Below are positions 1 to 21,441 of a DNA stretch of 64,000 bases, one piece after another (the stretch's first letter is position 1; each line of letters begins with the position of its first letter). A model generated the notes under the pieces. The model did no database searches and was not told where the DNA came from. It was given only the letters and a program-made list of their open reading frames with translations. Source of the DNA: the human T2T-CHM13v2.0 reference genome, Homo sapiens. The stretch is taken from NCBI RefSeq assembly GCF_009914755.1, contig NC_060936.1. One strand, written 5' to 3'. A program made the translations under genes and the position numbers.

Positions 1-203
<203 letters not shown>

Positions 204-354
204 TAAGATCCATTCAGTCCAGGAAGCTCTGGTAGCAGCTGCCTCAAGAACTAGGTTTCAAAGAGCAGCTGATCGTTGTAGTATTTGGGGATTCAAAATA
301 TTAGACTTGTTGATTCATTCATTCATTCATTCAACAAATATTTATTGTACTCCT

Positions 355-686
<332 letters not shown>

Positions 687-798
687 CTATGGGTTAGGCC
701 CTAGAGTTACAGTAATCTAAACAAGGTCTTCCCTCATGGTGTTTACATTTTAATGGGTGAGAAAAAACAGAAACATTAGCAAATAACTAAGAAAATTA

Positions 799-1375
<577 letters not shown>

Positions 1376-2185
1376 TTATAAAATGCGGTATTAAGGGAAT
1401 AAAAGAATTACATGAAAATTATATGTAGTTGCTGGAAGTCCATTGTATTAATAGAAGGAATGCACAGGGACACTCTCTTATATCTAGTGTTTCTGCTGAG
1501 ACCTGAAAAATGGGACTAAGCTTGCCATACAGACCTTGAGGAAGAACATTCCTGGCAGAGGGAAGAGCAAGTTTATAGGCCCTGGAGTATGTTCAAGGAA
1601 ATGGAAGGCTGTCATCATGGTTGTAGAGGAATAAATAAGGAGGAAGTGGTATGCTCTTTAAGAAGCCAGCTTTGGCAGCAGCCAGTTGTGGAGGGCCTTG
1701 TGCATCATCGTATGGAGTGTGAACTTAGCTCTCAATAGTGTTATGTATTTGAAGGGTTGTGTGAAATAAGTAACATGATCTGATTTGGGTTTTTAAAAGA
1801 TCATTTTAACTGCTCAATAGGGCATGTATAATAAGCGTTGTTGTTAATATTTCTTCCTTTTTAAAGAAGAACTTTAGAAATGTAGCCCAAAACATATATT
1901 GTAATGTCTTCCTTGGGACAGCTTCTGAGCTCCGTTATCTGACTCTTCCCAGAGCCAAAAATATTTGTTTTAATTTTTACTGTGTACACTTTAGAAAAAG
2001 GGCTTAAGAGACTGGTCTAGAAGTAGATTTTCAGATGTTCCTCAAAGTTCCTTGTCATCTGGTTCCTTAACTCATTTTGTACCTCTGGAAATCCCTTCTT
2101 TTCTTTCTTTCTTTGCCTAAAAGCTACTTGAATTACCTGAATTGTAGAACTGAGTGTTAATGTTTTTTGTCCCTTTGACTTGTAG

Positions 2186-2341
<156 letters not shown>

Positions 2342-2412
2342 TAGGAAGTGCAGATGGCTGGGGAAGACGCTTCCCTCACCTTCGTAAATGCCTTCCCATT
2401 CCCCATATTTAG

Positions 2413-2607
<195 letters not shown>

Positions 2608-3003
2608 TAAGTGAGGGAACATGGTCACGAGGGCCCCTGAAAAGAAGGATGTGCTGTTTCCCTGCTGGTAAACACTAACAGATCACCATCTTCAAGCCTC
2701 CCTGAAAATTAGTTCAAGAACATGCTAGAGGGAAAATAAAAAGACCCTGAAATCATTGAACGACTGCATCATTCATACTTCGATGTAAGCTAAACAGATT
2801 GTCATCCCTCCTAATTCAAGAAGTAGATTAAAGAATCGTGTCTGTCTTACAGTTGGGGAGGGTGAGTAATTGAGTGATAGAGTACTTTTTTCCAGCAGAC
2901 ACAGTTCTTTAGAATACAAGTCGCCTCAAGAGTCTTCTTAATGAGATTTAGCCAGTTAGCCTGTGTTCCAGACAAGGTTAGTTGCAGAAAAGAGGAGACG
3001 CCT

Positions 3004-3072
3004 GCTTTCATTCTGTGACAAACTTACCAGTAGTGTTGCGCTTTCATTCTGTGACAAACTTACCAGTAGTGT
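3004..3072. repeat. Perfect 33-bp direct duplication (period 36) in the last CCDC77 intron
   Basis: gctttcattctgtgacaaacttaccagtagtgt at 3004-3036 and 3040-3072. Confidence 0.95.
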
Positions 3073-3342
3073 CGCTTATCCTGGCCTCTCTTACTCCTCT
3101 TTCATGGTGCATTGATCTCTACCTCAAGCCTCCTTTATTGCATGGGAAGGATTTTCATGAGATTTCTGCCTTAATTCTACATTTTCCTTCTTTAGTTAGC
3201 CACTGAACAAAGGATGGAATTTATCCTATGTACTCAAAATCTCACAAAAAGGAGCTAGCATAGCTGTGTCTTTTTGACTGATATCGCTCCCCTGGCATAT
3301 GCCATCATCATTTCTTTTTTTTTTTTTTTTTCAAACCCCTAG

Positions 3343-3489
<147 letters not shown>

Positions 3490-4021
3490 TGTCTACTTTT
3501 GGAAATGGCCCCCATTTAGAAGAGGTGTGCTTCTTGAAACCTGAGGACAAGGTCATCTGCTGCCAGAAAATGTAAACCTGAGTTGACTAGAGTGGTGGTA
3601 TTCATTATTGTAAAGACAGCTTGAAGAATCGGGGACCACTAGGAAAGCTTTTCTTGCATACTCAGCTTGCTTTATCATTTTTGCTGTCCTTTTAACATTT
3701 GCGAGGAGTAGGGGCCTGGTCCTGAATGACTTGGAGGCTTTCATTATTTATCCTGTCTGTATTGACCGGTTTTTGTTTTTTCAGAAGGCAGTGATGATGA
3801 AAACTTAGGAAGAAGGTATTTTGCAATAAGCTTGGCTGAGTGTCCATGGGAAGAATACTTTCCCTAAAGAGAGAGAAGCACTCACAGAGGCTGCCTTTCT
3901 CCTGAGCTCGGGGAGAAGGCAGCACATCACAACCTGTCACATTGAAATAGGCGCTCATTCTGCTATTTCACCTTCCGTCCTGAGCAGAGCCTGAATTACG
4001 TTTTTGGGCAATTTCATGGTG

Positions 4022-4040
4022 TTTCACCAGAGGGCGCTAG
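4022..4040 (+). promoter_or_regulatory. CTCF motif within CCDC77 3' UTR (tcaccagagggcgcta)
   Basis: 13/14 match to CCASYAGRKGGCRS plus trailing TA; occupancy not shown. Confidence 0.55.
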
Positions 4041-4190
4041 AGACTCAAACGAAATGTCCATCTGGAAAGATTCGGGAGACACTTTGCCGAGGGGATGAAG
4101 CTGAGATGATGCTTGTATGGAAAGTTTGATATTTTTATCAGTCACATGGCTTTTGAAAAATGATGTATATATTTTAAATTAACTATTTTC

Positions 4191-4196
4191 AATAAA
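4191..4196 (+). terminator. CCDC77 polyadenylation signal AATAAA
   Basis: Canonical hexamer with upstream UGUA/AU-rich sequence and a downstream U-rich element (ttttctttgagttttctg). Confidence 0.8.
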
Positions 4197-4346
4197 ATAT
4201 TTCACTCAAAAGATTTTCTTTGAGTTTTCTGTAACTTCTTCTCAATACTATATTTATGCTTCGTTAATGACTCACGCAGCTCAGTTTACGTTCTTGTTCC
4301 ATGGCCTCTGCAGTTTTGTGCAAGTGTACAAGGTTTTTTGGGGGGT

Positions 4347-4650
4347 TTTTGAGACAGTTTCACTCTCGTCACCCAGGCTGGAGTGCAGTGGCGTGATCTC
4401 GGTCCACTGCAGCCTCCGCCTCCCGGGTTGAAGTGATTCTCCTGCCTCAGCCTCCCAAGTAGCTGTAATTACAGGCGCTCACCACCATGCTCGGCTAATT
4501 TTTGTATTTATTTTATTTTATTTTATTTTAGTAGAGTCAGGGTTTCACCATGTTGGCCAGGCTGGTCTTGAACTCCTGACCTCAGGTGATCCACCCGCCT
4601 CGGCCTCCCAGAGTGCCGGGATAACAGGTGTGAGCCACCACACCCAGCCC
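4347..4650 (-). mobile_element. AluS with (TTTTA)n in the middle A-rich linker
   Basis: Reverse-complement Alu consensus. Confidence 0.93.
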
Positions 4651-4959
4651 ACAAGTTTTTTTAAATTACTCCTTTGAAATCATCTAGTGTTGGAGATAAC
4701 AAAGCTAGTACGAAGGGGATGACACTAAAACTTCATCCGTTTTTAGGCAAATTGCATTTGGGACAAAATAGTTGTTTCCATACCCAGAAAGCCTCTTGAT
4801 AGTAAGTTGGTCTTTGCTTAAGATAGCATCATTCTGATTTACCCAGGACAAAGGAGAGAACCCAGGTTTTCATATTTAAAATGGTTAACAATGTGTAAAG
4901 GAAGGTGGTGATTGTACTGCACGCAGAAGCTGTTACCTTTCTTGAGAAAGTCTGTGATC

Positions 4960-5268
<309 letters not shown>

Positions 5269-5819
5269 TCAGTTTTTTTCATTGATCAGTTGGGACAAAA
5301 ATTCTTAAGAGTGCCCTGCTCCCAGGCCTCAGAGAGATTTACAGAAGTGCATGATTCTTCCTTCTGTCCTAATACTTAGGGAATTGGCTTTTCCTGACTA
5401 TTACTTTTGTTGTTGCTGGCAAAACAAAAAGGCTTATTAAATCAGAGAATTTTGGAGTAAGAAGCAACCTTAAATATCATATAATCCAACTTACTTACAA
5501 ATGACTCTGAGACCTACTACCATTGACTTCAGCAATCAGTTGATAATGTTTCTAACATCCTGGTCTCAATTCCAATAACATTCATCTTTATATTAACCAC
5601 CCACTGGTGTGGCCACTCTTCAAACCTCACAATTGGTTAAAACTGTCACCAAGAAGCAGCATAAAATAGTGGAAAGGGTACAGGCTTTGGAGAATCACAG
5701 ATCTGGATTCAATCACACCTCTTACTAAAATTCTCCAGGCTCTAGTCTCTTCGCTTGTAAAAGAGACAAAAAGCTACCTGTTTCAGCAGAGTGACTGTGA
5801 GGATTAAGAAAGAGAAAAT

Positions 5820-6645
5820 CTAGTATCCAGAGTATATAAAGAGCTCTTACAACTAAATTAAAAAAACACACACCCAATTCAAAAATGGGCCAGGGATCTG
5901 CATAGACATCTCTCCAAAAAAGTCGCACAAATGGCCAATAAGTACGTGGAAAGATGCTCAGCATCATTAAGGAAATGGAAACTAATGCGATACCGCTTCA
6001 CGCTCACTAGGATGGCTGTCGTCAAAAAGTCAGCAACAACTGTGGATAAGGATGTGGAGAAACTAGAGGCCTCATAGATTGCTGACGAGAATGTCAAACG
6101 GTGCTTCCCCTTCAAAAAACAGTCTGGCAGTTCCTGGAAAAGTTTAGAGTTACCATATCACCCAGCAATTCCACTCCATAAGTATATACCCAAGATAAAT
6201 AAAAATATACACCCCCACAAAATCTTCTGCATAGATGTTCATAGCAGTATTATTAATAATAGACCAAAAGTGGAAACCATCCAAATGTCCGTGAGCTGGT
6301 GAATGGATAGACAGGATACGGTATATCCGTATGATGGAACATTAGCAGCCATGGAAAGGAATGATGTAGTGATACATGCTACTACAAGGGGGAACCTTGC
6401 AACGTTTTGCTAAGAAGGCAGAAACAGAAGGCCACATATTGTACGATTCCCATACACATGAAACGTCCAGAATAGGCAAATCCATATGGAAAGTAGATGA
6501 CTGGTTGCCAAGGGCTGAGAAGGGGGGAATAAGGAGTGACTGCTAATGGGTACAAGGTTTCTTTTGCCAAACTGTGAATGTACTTTAAAAACCACTGAAT
6601 TGAATGCTTTAAAAAGGTGAATTTTATGGTATGTGGGTTATATAT
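5820..6645 (+). mobile_element. Old L1 (L1M-type) ORF2 3' end/3' UTR fragment
   Basis: L1 motifs aaagatgctcagcatcatta, acccagcaattccactc, aaaagtggaaacc, ctgctaatgggtacaaggtttc. Confidence 0.85.
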
Positions 6646-6647
6646 CA

Positions 6648-7765
<1,118 letters not shown>

Positions 7766-8246
7766 TCCTTAAGTGCTTTTTATGTTCTAGAAATTATGCT
7801 AGATCTTAAGTTTACAGAGAACACTAAAACACTTGTGCTCCAAAGGCTGGTGGGGAAGATAAACATAGAAAAAACTCAGTAATGAAGTGCAGTTCTATGG
7901 GTGTACAGGATAGACATGTGAACTGATCCTCAAAAGTGAATTTGGAGACAGACAAGAAGTGGGACCTTGTAGACAGAGGGACAACATGTATGAAGGCAAG
8001 GAAGAACAGAATATTTGGGGAAATGCAAGTACAGGAGACAGAGTTATGTAATACACAACATAAATGGCATGAAATTTCACTTAATACAATTATGCAAACC
8101 TGTTAAATATTCCAAGACCCTTTGAATCAATTGAAAATGTTTGGGTTTACTTAAAACTGGAGAAAAACAAATATTTTGTGTTATGAAGTCATGCATGAAA
8201 AATAATTTGAAATGCAAACTCATTTCTTAAAAATTAGGGGCAAGGG

Positions 8247-8520
<274 letters not shown>

Positions 8521-8984
8521 GTGTGTGTGTGGGGGGGGGGGAGTAAAAACTACCATGAAATAATAAATATATGAAATATTTATTTCCTGGTAAATCTTTG
8601 TACTTGAGATCAAGCTAAGGCACAATCACTTAATACTAGGATTTATTGCAGTATCTGCAGGAACAAATCAAAGCATAGTGCCAAAGATCTTTGAAAAGCG
8701 CCATCATTGTCATTTCCTTTGCATTTTAAACTTTCTTTTAACCATATATATGAGTAACTTGGTAATAAATCACCTTTTTATCCATGAAACTTATGTGATT
8801 TTTCACAAAATAAAATAGCCTCTGGCTATGTTATTTTTGGTCCAGTCTTATGACTCTCGCTGCCTCTCCACCCACACCATGTTAGTTGGGCTACTAAGAC
8901 TTACTGTAATATTTGCAACACAGCAGATTGCACTATCATCACTCACTGCATCTAGGAACAGAAGGAAGAAGATGGCTGCTGTCC

Positions 8985-10680
<1,696 letters not shown>

Positions 10681-11270
10681 ATCTAGAATAGGCAGACCAG
10701 CAGAAAAAAAGGCAGGTGAAGAGATAGAGCTGGAAGGAGGGTTTGGCTGCAAAGTGAAGGGAGGCCTTGCAAAGAAAACATTTTGAAAGGGGGCTTTAAA
10801 TCTCTACGTGAAAACATTGCTTTATCGGCTTAAGCTGTGAAATATTCCACTCCTGGACTACTTGGTAGCTTATTTTCAAGTTAGCCATACAAAAAGCAAC
10901 TGTGAACACAACCTAGACTTCTGGAGATTAATTACTTAATTGCCTCACATTTATGATGACATCACAGTGCACCCGTGTTCTTGTGTGTAGGAAATCCCTC
11001 ATTTTGGAGATGATGCCCTTCTTGGGGGAAACTACTAGATGAGAATATTCACATCGTAAGTGAATGCAGGTGCCTATGTGGGAGACTGTGGATCAGATTG
11101 TCACTGAGAAACCACCATCCTTGCCAGAACAGCCTTCTGGGAGCTCAACCTCCAAGTGGCAGCTATGATTTCTTTTGTTTGCAGATATTAGCTCTCTTTC
11201 TCTTTGCCTCTTCAGCTGCATGACCTCTTTTTTTCAAACTGAGCCAGCCAGTCTATTTTTTAAAAAATTA

Positions 11271-11575
11271 AGACTGGCACAGTGGCTTACGCCTGTAATT
11301 CCAGCATTTTGGGAGGTCACGGCAGGAGGATCATTTGAGGCCAGGAGTTTGAGACCAGCCTAGGAACATAGTGGGACTCCATCTCTACAAAACATAGAAA
11401 AAATTAGCTGGGTGTGGTGGTGCACGCCTATAGCCCCAGCTACTTGGGAGGCTGAGGCTGGGGGATCGCTTGAGCCCAGGAGGTCGAGGCTACAGTGAGC
11501 TATGATCAGGCTACTGCACTCTAGCCAGGGCTACAGAGTGAAACCCCATCTCTAAAAAAATAAAAAATAAAATAT
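11271..11575 (+). mobile_element. AluJ
   Basis: Alu consensus with A tail. Confidence 0.9.
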
Positions 11576-13407
11576 ACAAATAATAAATAAATTGTGTTGT
11601 GTTGACACATGAACAGAATAGACTCATATCTACATATATGTCATATATGTATGTCATTATAATAGATGCATCTTGAGTTGCTGCCAAATATGGTTTTTTT
11701 TCAGTTTGGACAAATATTTATTCTCCTCGATGATTCAGCTCATCTTTCTATTTTTTAGATAATTGTAGATTCGCATGCAGTTCTAAGAAATAATACAGTG
11801 ATTTTATGCACATTTTGCCCAGTTTATCTCCAATCATTGACTCACTGCTTTTTGACTAGTCTGCAGCTAGTGAGTCCTGGTAATTCTGGATTGGACCACA
11901 ATGTTTGTGATTAGCCTTGTGTTGACTTGTGACATTTTCCTTCCCTTTTGGCTCACAACAGCATTTAACAACAGCAGTGCGATTTTAAATGAACAATTTC
12001 AATATTGCTTGTGTTGACTCTTCCAGAGCCTCTTAATTGGCAAGCTTGCCTTGGCATTTGGGAAGGATAATTAAATATTAAGTAGAGGGATCCCAAATAG
12101 GAATGAGCCTAAGTAGTATTGTCATGCACATTTTGGTGAGATTTCATTTGGCCCAAAGCTCAGTAATCAGTGCAGATTGAACTGGTGTGCCTGGGTTTTT
12201 CTTTTTACTTAGAGAGGCGGTTCCTTACCCTAGCCTTATCTCTTGTGTCACTCCCTAGGCTGGGCCAGCACCTGATAAGCTTCTGTGGAAAATAGCTGTG
12301 TTCTCGGTGTGCAAACAGGTTCTCTTGCTTGTTTCTGTCAAAGCAATGAACTCCTTCCCCCCAAAAAATGACCTTAGGAAACTCTTCTTTCTCTACGTAT
12401 TCTCTGCTCATTTCCTGAAGCCTGACTACTTTGTCCTCATCTTTGAGATTCAGTATTTCTTCCCCCCACCACTTTTATTTCTTTATTTATTTTAAAATTT
12501 TACATAGAGATGGAGTCTCACTATATTGACCAGGCTGGTCTCAAACTCTTGGCCTCAAGTGATTTTCCTGCTTCAGCCTCCCAAAGTGCCAGGATTACAG
12601 GTGTGAGGCATGGCACCAGGCTAGATTCTATATTTCACCTTGAGTCAGTCGGACTAAGCCGCCCTCTAACTCCCCTCACCCCTCTCCTATCGGGGTGCTT
12701 CCCACCCAGTCTCCTGCCCTTGCCTCCTAAGCGCTGATCATGAGCCTGCTGCCTGCCCACGCATGCACTGGCACTGCCTCTGGCTCTCCCTGCTTCCTAG
12801 GTCTCTGTCCTAGTCTGACTTCTGCACCTGGTGCACTTGCCTGCTCCTGGTCACTGATTCTGCTTCTGCTTGTCCCACCAGTGTTAGTGTTTCCAGGAGT
12901 TCTGACTCGGGCTCTCTTCACAAGACACCCACATCCTCTCCTGAGGTGTTGGCATTCCTCTCTGTGATGCCACCTATGACTCTCCCCTATGGTGAGAATG
13001 CTGGGGGTTTCCTTTTCTACAGGTCTTTAAAGGCTGCAGAAATCTCCCTCGAGAATACTATGGCATTTAAGGGAAAACCTTCCTGAAAGCAATGTATTCA
13101 GCCTAGAAAGCTGAGATAACACGGTGATCTGAAAATGTGGAGCAAAGGACATCTGACCTAGATTAAAAAAATAATTCAGAGACTGATGTGAAGTCTCTGA
13201 GGTCACTTTGTAAATTCACTGAAGGAAAATTCAGAGTGTGAAATGTCTCCTATAAACACCTGGATAACACATGGGATAACACAATGCAAGGCTTTACCAT
13301 GCACATCTCCCACTGGCCTGCTCTGACAGCCCCCTTTTGAGGGTAAGATGCCTGGCTGAAGAGCAGAATCCTCATAAAGGCAGAAGAATATTTGTTATGT
13401 ATTTAAT

Positions 13408-14489
<1,082 letters not shown>

Positions 14490-14619
14490 ACCAAACTGAC
14501 TTTAAATCACACTCCTTCACTCGGAGTTTTTACCTAGGAATGAGATGGGAGCCTCCACTACTGCGGAGAGGGTCAGAAGTCATTTTTGTTCTCACCCTAA
14601 CCCCTTCCCAGTCTTGCCC

Positions 14620-15960
<1,341 letters not shown>

Positions 15961-17990
15961 ATGACCATTTCTGTTTTCTTAGGGGAAGCCTCCTTAAATG
16001 AGTGGGCTTTCAAGTTGACAGAACCTCATGTGAATGGGGAGTAAGGACATTCTCGATTACTACAGAGTATTTATTAAATGGCTTCTGGGCTGAAGCCTAT
16101 AGAAGGAGTACAGATTATCAAATGCAGAAAAGATGTGGTCGTTTAGAAGCCCTATTAGGGGTTGGAGAAACTGTGAAGTCAGGAGTGAAGGGTGCATATG
16201 AGTTTTTTTCTTCAGGATGAAAGAGAGAGAATAGCGGTAGGAAATCCAGCTTCACTCAGAGTCCTAGGGACCTATGCCCTGTTCTGAAAATGCTGAGACA
16301 CACATCTGTGTATGCTCAAATACACATCTGTGTGTGCTCAAACTTGTAGGGACCAAGCCTGTGGGATGTGTTCTTGGGAGAAGAGAAGGAAGCACTAAGA
16401 CTTCACTCAGAGGGATGACACTACCCTGGCACCATGGTGAGCCACACAGCTTCCAGACATCAAACATGTGCCATGACTTGGGAGTGGGGAAGAAGCTATT
16501 TAGAGCTGTGGGTCATTATGCCTTAGCTTCAGCTACACATCCTCTCACTAGCATCTGTAGCAGAAGACTGCAGAGTGCAGACGGAAGAGTGCCTTTCTAG
16601 AGAAGGGTGAGAGAATGTCTTTCTAGTGGGGTTTAGTGGTCAGACAGACAGGAGGTAGAGCTTTGGGGAGGCTCGTGTAGATGGCCTCAGCACCAACTAA
16701 TGAGCAACCAAGAGCACTGTTCACACTATCTCCCTCTGGGTTTGCCAGCAACAAAGAAAACCTGAGTAGTAGGAAATAATTGGTATTTCTCAGCTGAAAA
16801 GCCTGAACAAGTCAAAGATAATTTTTTTGACCTGGATGATTGTCTCTTGACTTGCTGGGGAATCCTTCTCCCTGAAGGAGGAAGGCAGAAAGAGACGTTG
16901 GAATAATTTGGAGGCATTCATAATGCAGATTGGAAGAGGAAGCAAGGCCTAGCAATAGATGCCAAACTTAGAACTTCAAAGCACATAGTTCTGGTTTGGG
17001 TCACCTCTCACCGTCTGCTGAGGACTATATCAGCAACTCACTTGCTTGGGAGTGAGATGAAGTATGTGAATTGCCCTGGGATTTTTCCCAGCTGATGAGC
17101 TTTGTTTTGACCCTCAGCATAACGTCTACGCCCTTTCTTCATCTTTTCTTTAACTCCTTTCATCTGATTCCTTTGACACTTTACCATGCAATCTTGAACA
17201 TGTTGTTCTATAGGGATGCTTCTATAGGGATATTCATCTGTTTCCCAGTCTAGTTTGTAAAATTACGTAGGACCACAGATGGAGAAACTGAGGCTTGAGA
17301 TCTTGCCAGAGCTCATACCATTCTTTCCATCAACCAAACAGAAGAGCCCAGCTTTCTGGAAAAGCAAGAGAAGTGGCTAATAAGAAGCATTCAGTGGGGG
17401 GCATCCATCCTTTTCTGGGATTGGCCTCCATAGTAGCAAACCATGCAGAAAGATTTGTAAAAGATGGACTCATGGAAGGAGGGCTAGGAAAAAGGATCTC
17501 TTCTGTAAAGAGCACAGCAGGCAGCATTGGTGACGGAGTGGGGGGGAGGGGGGAGGGGATGAGAAGAATTATCATGTGGCTGAGTGAGTTATGGATGTGC
17601 TGAAGGTGAGCTCAGAGTTTCCAGAGTGAATATACTTCTGCAGGGGAACTTCCAGGGGAGGAACATGTGCAAAGGAAAAAAAGCCCTGGATCTGAAGTTA
17701 GAAAGCCTGAGTTTGAGTCCTAAGAGATGGGTCATGTAGATGACCTTGAGCAAGTTATTTAACATCTCCGAGCCCATTTCTTTATCTATGAAATGGAATC
17801 AGTGAAAGGACAGTTTCCAGGATACGTGATTTGCATGAGTTGAAAGAGATAAAACAAATAAATGCTTGCCAAAATGACCCCGGCACTTGGAGAGCATGTC
17901 TTTGTGGATATTTCCAGCACTGTTCTTTTCTCTCAAAGAATGGAACACAGTCTGCCCAACAAACACACAGGTATATATAGACAGGGATAA

Positions 17991-18060
17991 GATAGATACA
18001 GATATAGATATAGATATAGATATAGATATAGATAGATACAGATATGGATATAGATATGGA
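17991..18060. repeat. (GATATA)n/(GATA)n microsatellite
   Basis: gatagatacagatatagatatagatatagatatagatatagatagatacagatatggatatagatatgga. Confidence 0.92.
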
Positions 18061-21000
18061 AGGTCAGACTGGAGAAGGAAGAAGTCTCTGGGTACAATGG
18101 AAAGAGGACCAGCGGCTAAAGATCTGGTTCCGGTTCTGATTCTATCACTTATTGGTCATGTGAAGAAACTGAGGCTTGCAAAGCTTATTTGTAAATAGAG
18201 GAGGCTACCTCCCCTGTTGTTCTCATATGGTTGTGAGAAACAAAACACATGGAATATAGATGTAAAAATGCTCTCTAAGCTCAAAGTTGCTACCTTATAA
18301 TGTAGGTGTCAGGTTTTAGGAAAAAGGATGGGTGGCACAGGGGTCACTGGAGTTACTTAGTATATTTTGACATCCCTATAGAGTAGAATAAGACTTGGTC
18401 TGCATACAACAGACCATACCTATAGGTCACTAAACTCTTCCCTTCTGAATTCTCCACAATCCAGAATTTTCTGGTCCCTGTGCTAACCTTGGCCCATTTT
18501 AGAAAACTTTGGTCAACCTCTCTTACAATGCCTCTGTAATTTGGGAGAAGAAACTTTATGATTTGACCTGCTCTGCCTCTGATATTCTGGCCAAGCAAAG
18601 ACCGGGCCCTTCTACCATTATTGCAGGTGTATGGTGGAAAATATTTTTCCTTTTGGGTGCAATTTGTACAATGTGACCCTGGGCTATTCTGGGTCAGGTG
18701 CTGTAGCTGAAGTGGGAGGGTGAAAGGACAGTGAAAACCATCAGAAGAACTGGTGAGTAGCCAGGCAAATTGACACTGACAATGAATGGACATTTGTGAC
18801 AATATATTATGCCACCATGATACCTCAATCCACATACTTAGTTCTGGAGCTCAGCTATTTGGGAAATTTGGGTCTCAAAATTCAGATCTTCCCCTGCTGT
18901 GACATCACCAGGAGTCAAAAAGGGATGTGGAGAAAGCGGGGTCTGAATGTGAGGGATATCTCAGTGCCAAGGCGTCACCCACAGAAGAGAAGGGAACAGA
19001 AGAGGGAGAGAGGAGAGCCACAAGAATGTCCTGGCCTCTTTTCTCTTCGACTCCTGGCACCTCTCACCATAAGCTGGAAAAGTAATGATCTTCTCAAGTT
19101 ATAAAAACAAAGTAGAAATAAGAGGAGGATAAAAAATCAAGAGGTACAGGGTGATCTCCTTCTTCTTCTTAATCTCTTTGGACCATAAATTTGGCCTTTA
19201 AACTGTCAGATTTCTTTTCCTGTGGACTATCTTTTTTCCTCAACTAAACAGCATGCTTCTTGTTTTAGATCTCTCCCAGTTCCTACATAATAGATGCTTC
19301 AAGCATTTGGTTGACCGAAGTGATTGCATGAGCTTTCTCAGTCTTGAGGAGAGAATTGTGGCAAGGCTGCCACCTGTTTCCATGACAAAGTGTTAAAAGT
19401 GACTCAACCTAAAATCCAGTTGGGTTGCCCTTAGTAAGAGAGGGACTCTATTTACAGGGCCCGGTCACTTCCCACTTGACTCAGCCGAGCTTGCACAGGC
19501 CGTGCACACACTGGCTGCTCCTATCTTGGACTTGTGGAAAGAAAGAAGAACATGAGAAGTACAGGAATCTGTGGCTTTGGAACTTCACAGAGACCTTTCC
19601 CAGGGGCTACAATTAGAGAATTGTCCTTTGGATTCACCCTTTTTGCTAAAGAACTGCAGTGAAAGTTCTGGAAGATGTTTGCTCAAAGTGCTACCCCCAT
19701 CCTCAAACCTTCCTAAGTGCTAAGTGGACATTGTACCACCCACTGGAAATGCAGCTCCCATTTTTGAAGCCTTACAGTGAGGTTGGGAAAACAAGACTCA
19801 CACACTCCAAGTAAGTTCCAACATATCAGATGGTGAGACAGATGGCAAGTTCTACTAAAGCTCCAGAAAGGAAGGAGTTGCTTAGGACTTGGCTGGTCCA
19901 AGAAAGCTTTATAGAATCTGAAATGGACCTTGGATAAAGGGTACAAGTTGACCAACTAGAAAAGAAAATGTGTTGGAGGGTAGTGAATAAACTCGTTTTA
20001 GCTGGAGCAGGTTTCATGTGGTCACATAAAGTTGGAAAAGGTTCTGGAAGGCCCTGAATTCTGGATTTACAGTGTGTATCTTAATCAATAAGCATTGGAA
20101 GCCATTAAATATTTTTGAGCAGGTGTGTGACTACATACGGGATTTTTTTTTTTTTTTTTTTTTTGAGACAAGGTCTTGCTCTGTCACCCAGGCTGGAGTG
20201 CAGTGGCATGATTGTGGCTCACTACAACCTTACACTCCTCCCACCTCAGCCTCCCGAGTAAGTTAGGACTACAGGTGTGTGTCACCATGCCTGGCTTTTT
20301 ATGAAGACCATCTGGTGGTAGTGGACAGGATGCGATGGGAAGCTTGGAGTTGGGGAGGCTAATTAGGAAAAGTCCTGTAGAAACTATTGAATATCCAACT
20401 GAGGTGAGAACAGAGAGAAGGGAAACATAGTTCTCAATTCTGTGAGAACCTCTGTCTTGGAACAGTACTTGTGTGATATTCATTTGATTTTAAAATGTCC
20501 AGGAACACTTTGATCCTTCACTTTTCCCATAGTCTCCTGACCATTTTTCCCAGAAGAGATAATGGAAAAGAAAACTGCAGTATAACTTGCTGAGTGACCT
20601 GGGGCAGTTATTCTGCCCCTTGATACTTTATCTAATTTAAATCAGATAATAATGCTTTACCTGCCTGAAGGCAGAGGACTGGAATACTGATTTTTTTTTT
20701 TTTGAGACAGGGTCTTGCTGTGTTGCCCAGGCTGGAGTGCACTGACGCAATCACGGCTCACTGCAGCCTTGACCTCCAGAGATCAAGAGATCCTCTTGCC
20801 TCAGCCTCTCAAAGTGCTGGGACGACAGCCGTGAGCCACTGTGCCTGGCTTATCTTGCTGATCTTTTCAACTCTAAGAGTGAATACTTTTCTTTTCTTTT
20901 TAAAATTCTTTTTCGGAACCCTCAAACACCTACTCTCTTCAAACAGCCATTCCAGCCCAGTCTGGGGAAAACTGCTTGCTGGGGTTCACCGTGGGGGCTG

Positions 21001-21441
21001 TACGACTTCCCCAGCGCCTCTCGGAGATGTGGTTCAGGCTGGGAAGAAAGGTCTTCAAATCTCAACTGGAAAACGAAGCTATGTCTGCGTTAAGCGTCCA
21101 GTGGCTCCCGTGATATTTCACGCCTACTGGTTTCGTCAAGCAGGGAGTCGGGTCGTTGCTGTTGGCGACGAAAGGCTCTGAGGCTAAAGCCTTGGGCGTC
21201 GCCCAAACCAGCCTCTACTTCGCTTCTGCCTAAAACCACACCGTTAGGCGCCTGGGTGGTGACTCGGTTTCCCTCGGTCACCCAGAGTCCGCATCATCAC
21301 TCGCCCCCTCCTCATCCCACCCGTTCCCAGTCGGGGGAGGCACCAGGCACCAGTTCTCTGGCCCCACCTCTCGCTCCCCTAGGGAAGCCGAATGGCCTCT
21401 TCGCGTCCCTGGCTTCTCGGGGGCGGAGCCCACCTGTGCCC

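Larger units (their letters stand above)
3490..4215 (+). other. CCDC77: CCDC77 3' UTR (3' end approximate)
   Basis: Repeat-free sequence between the stop codon and the AATAAA at 4191. Confidence 0.8.
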
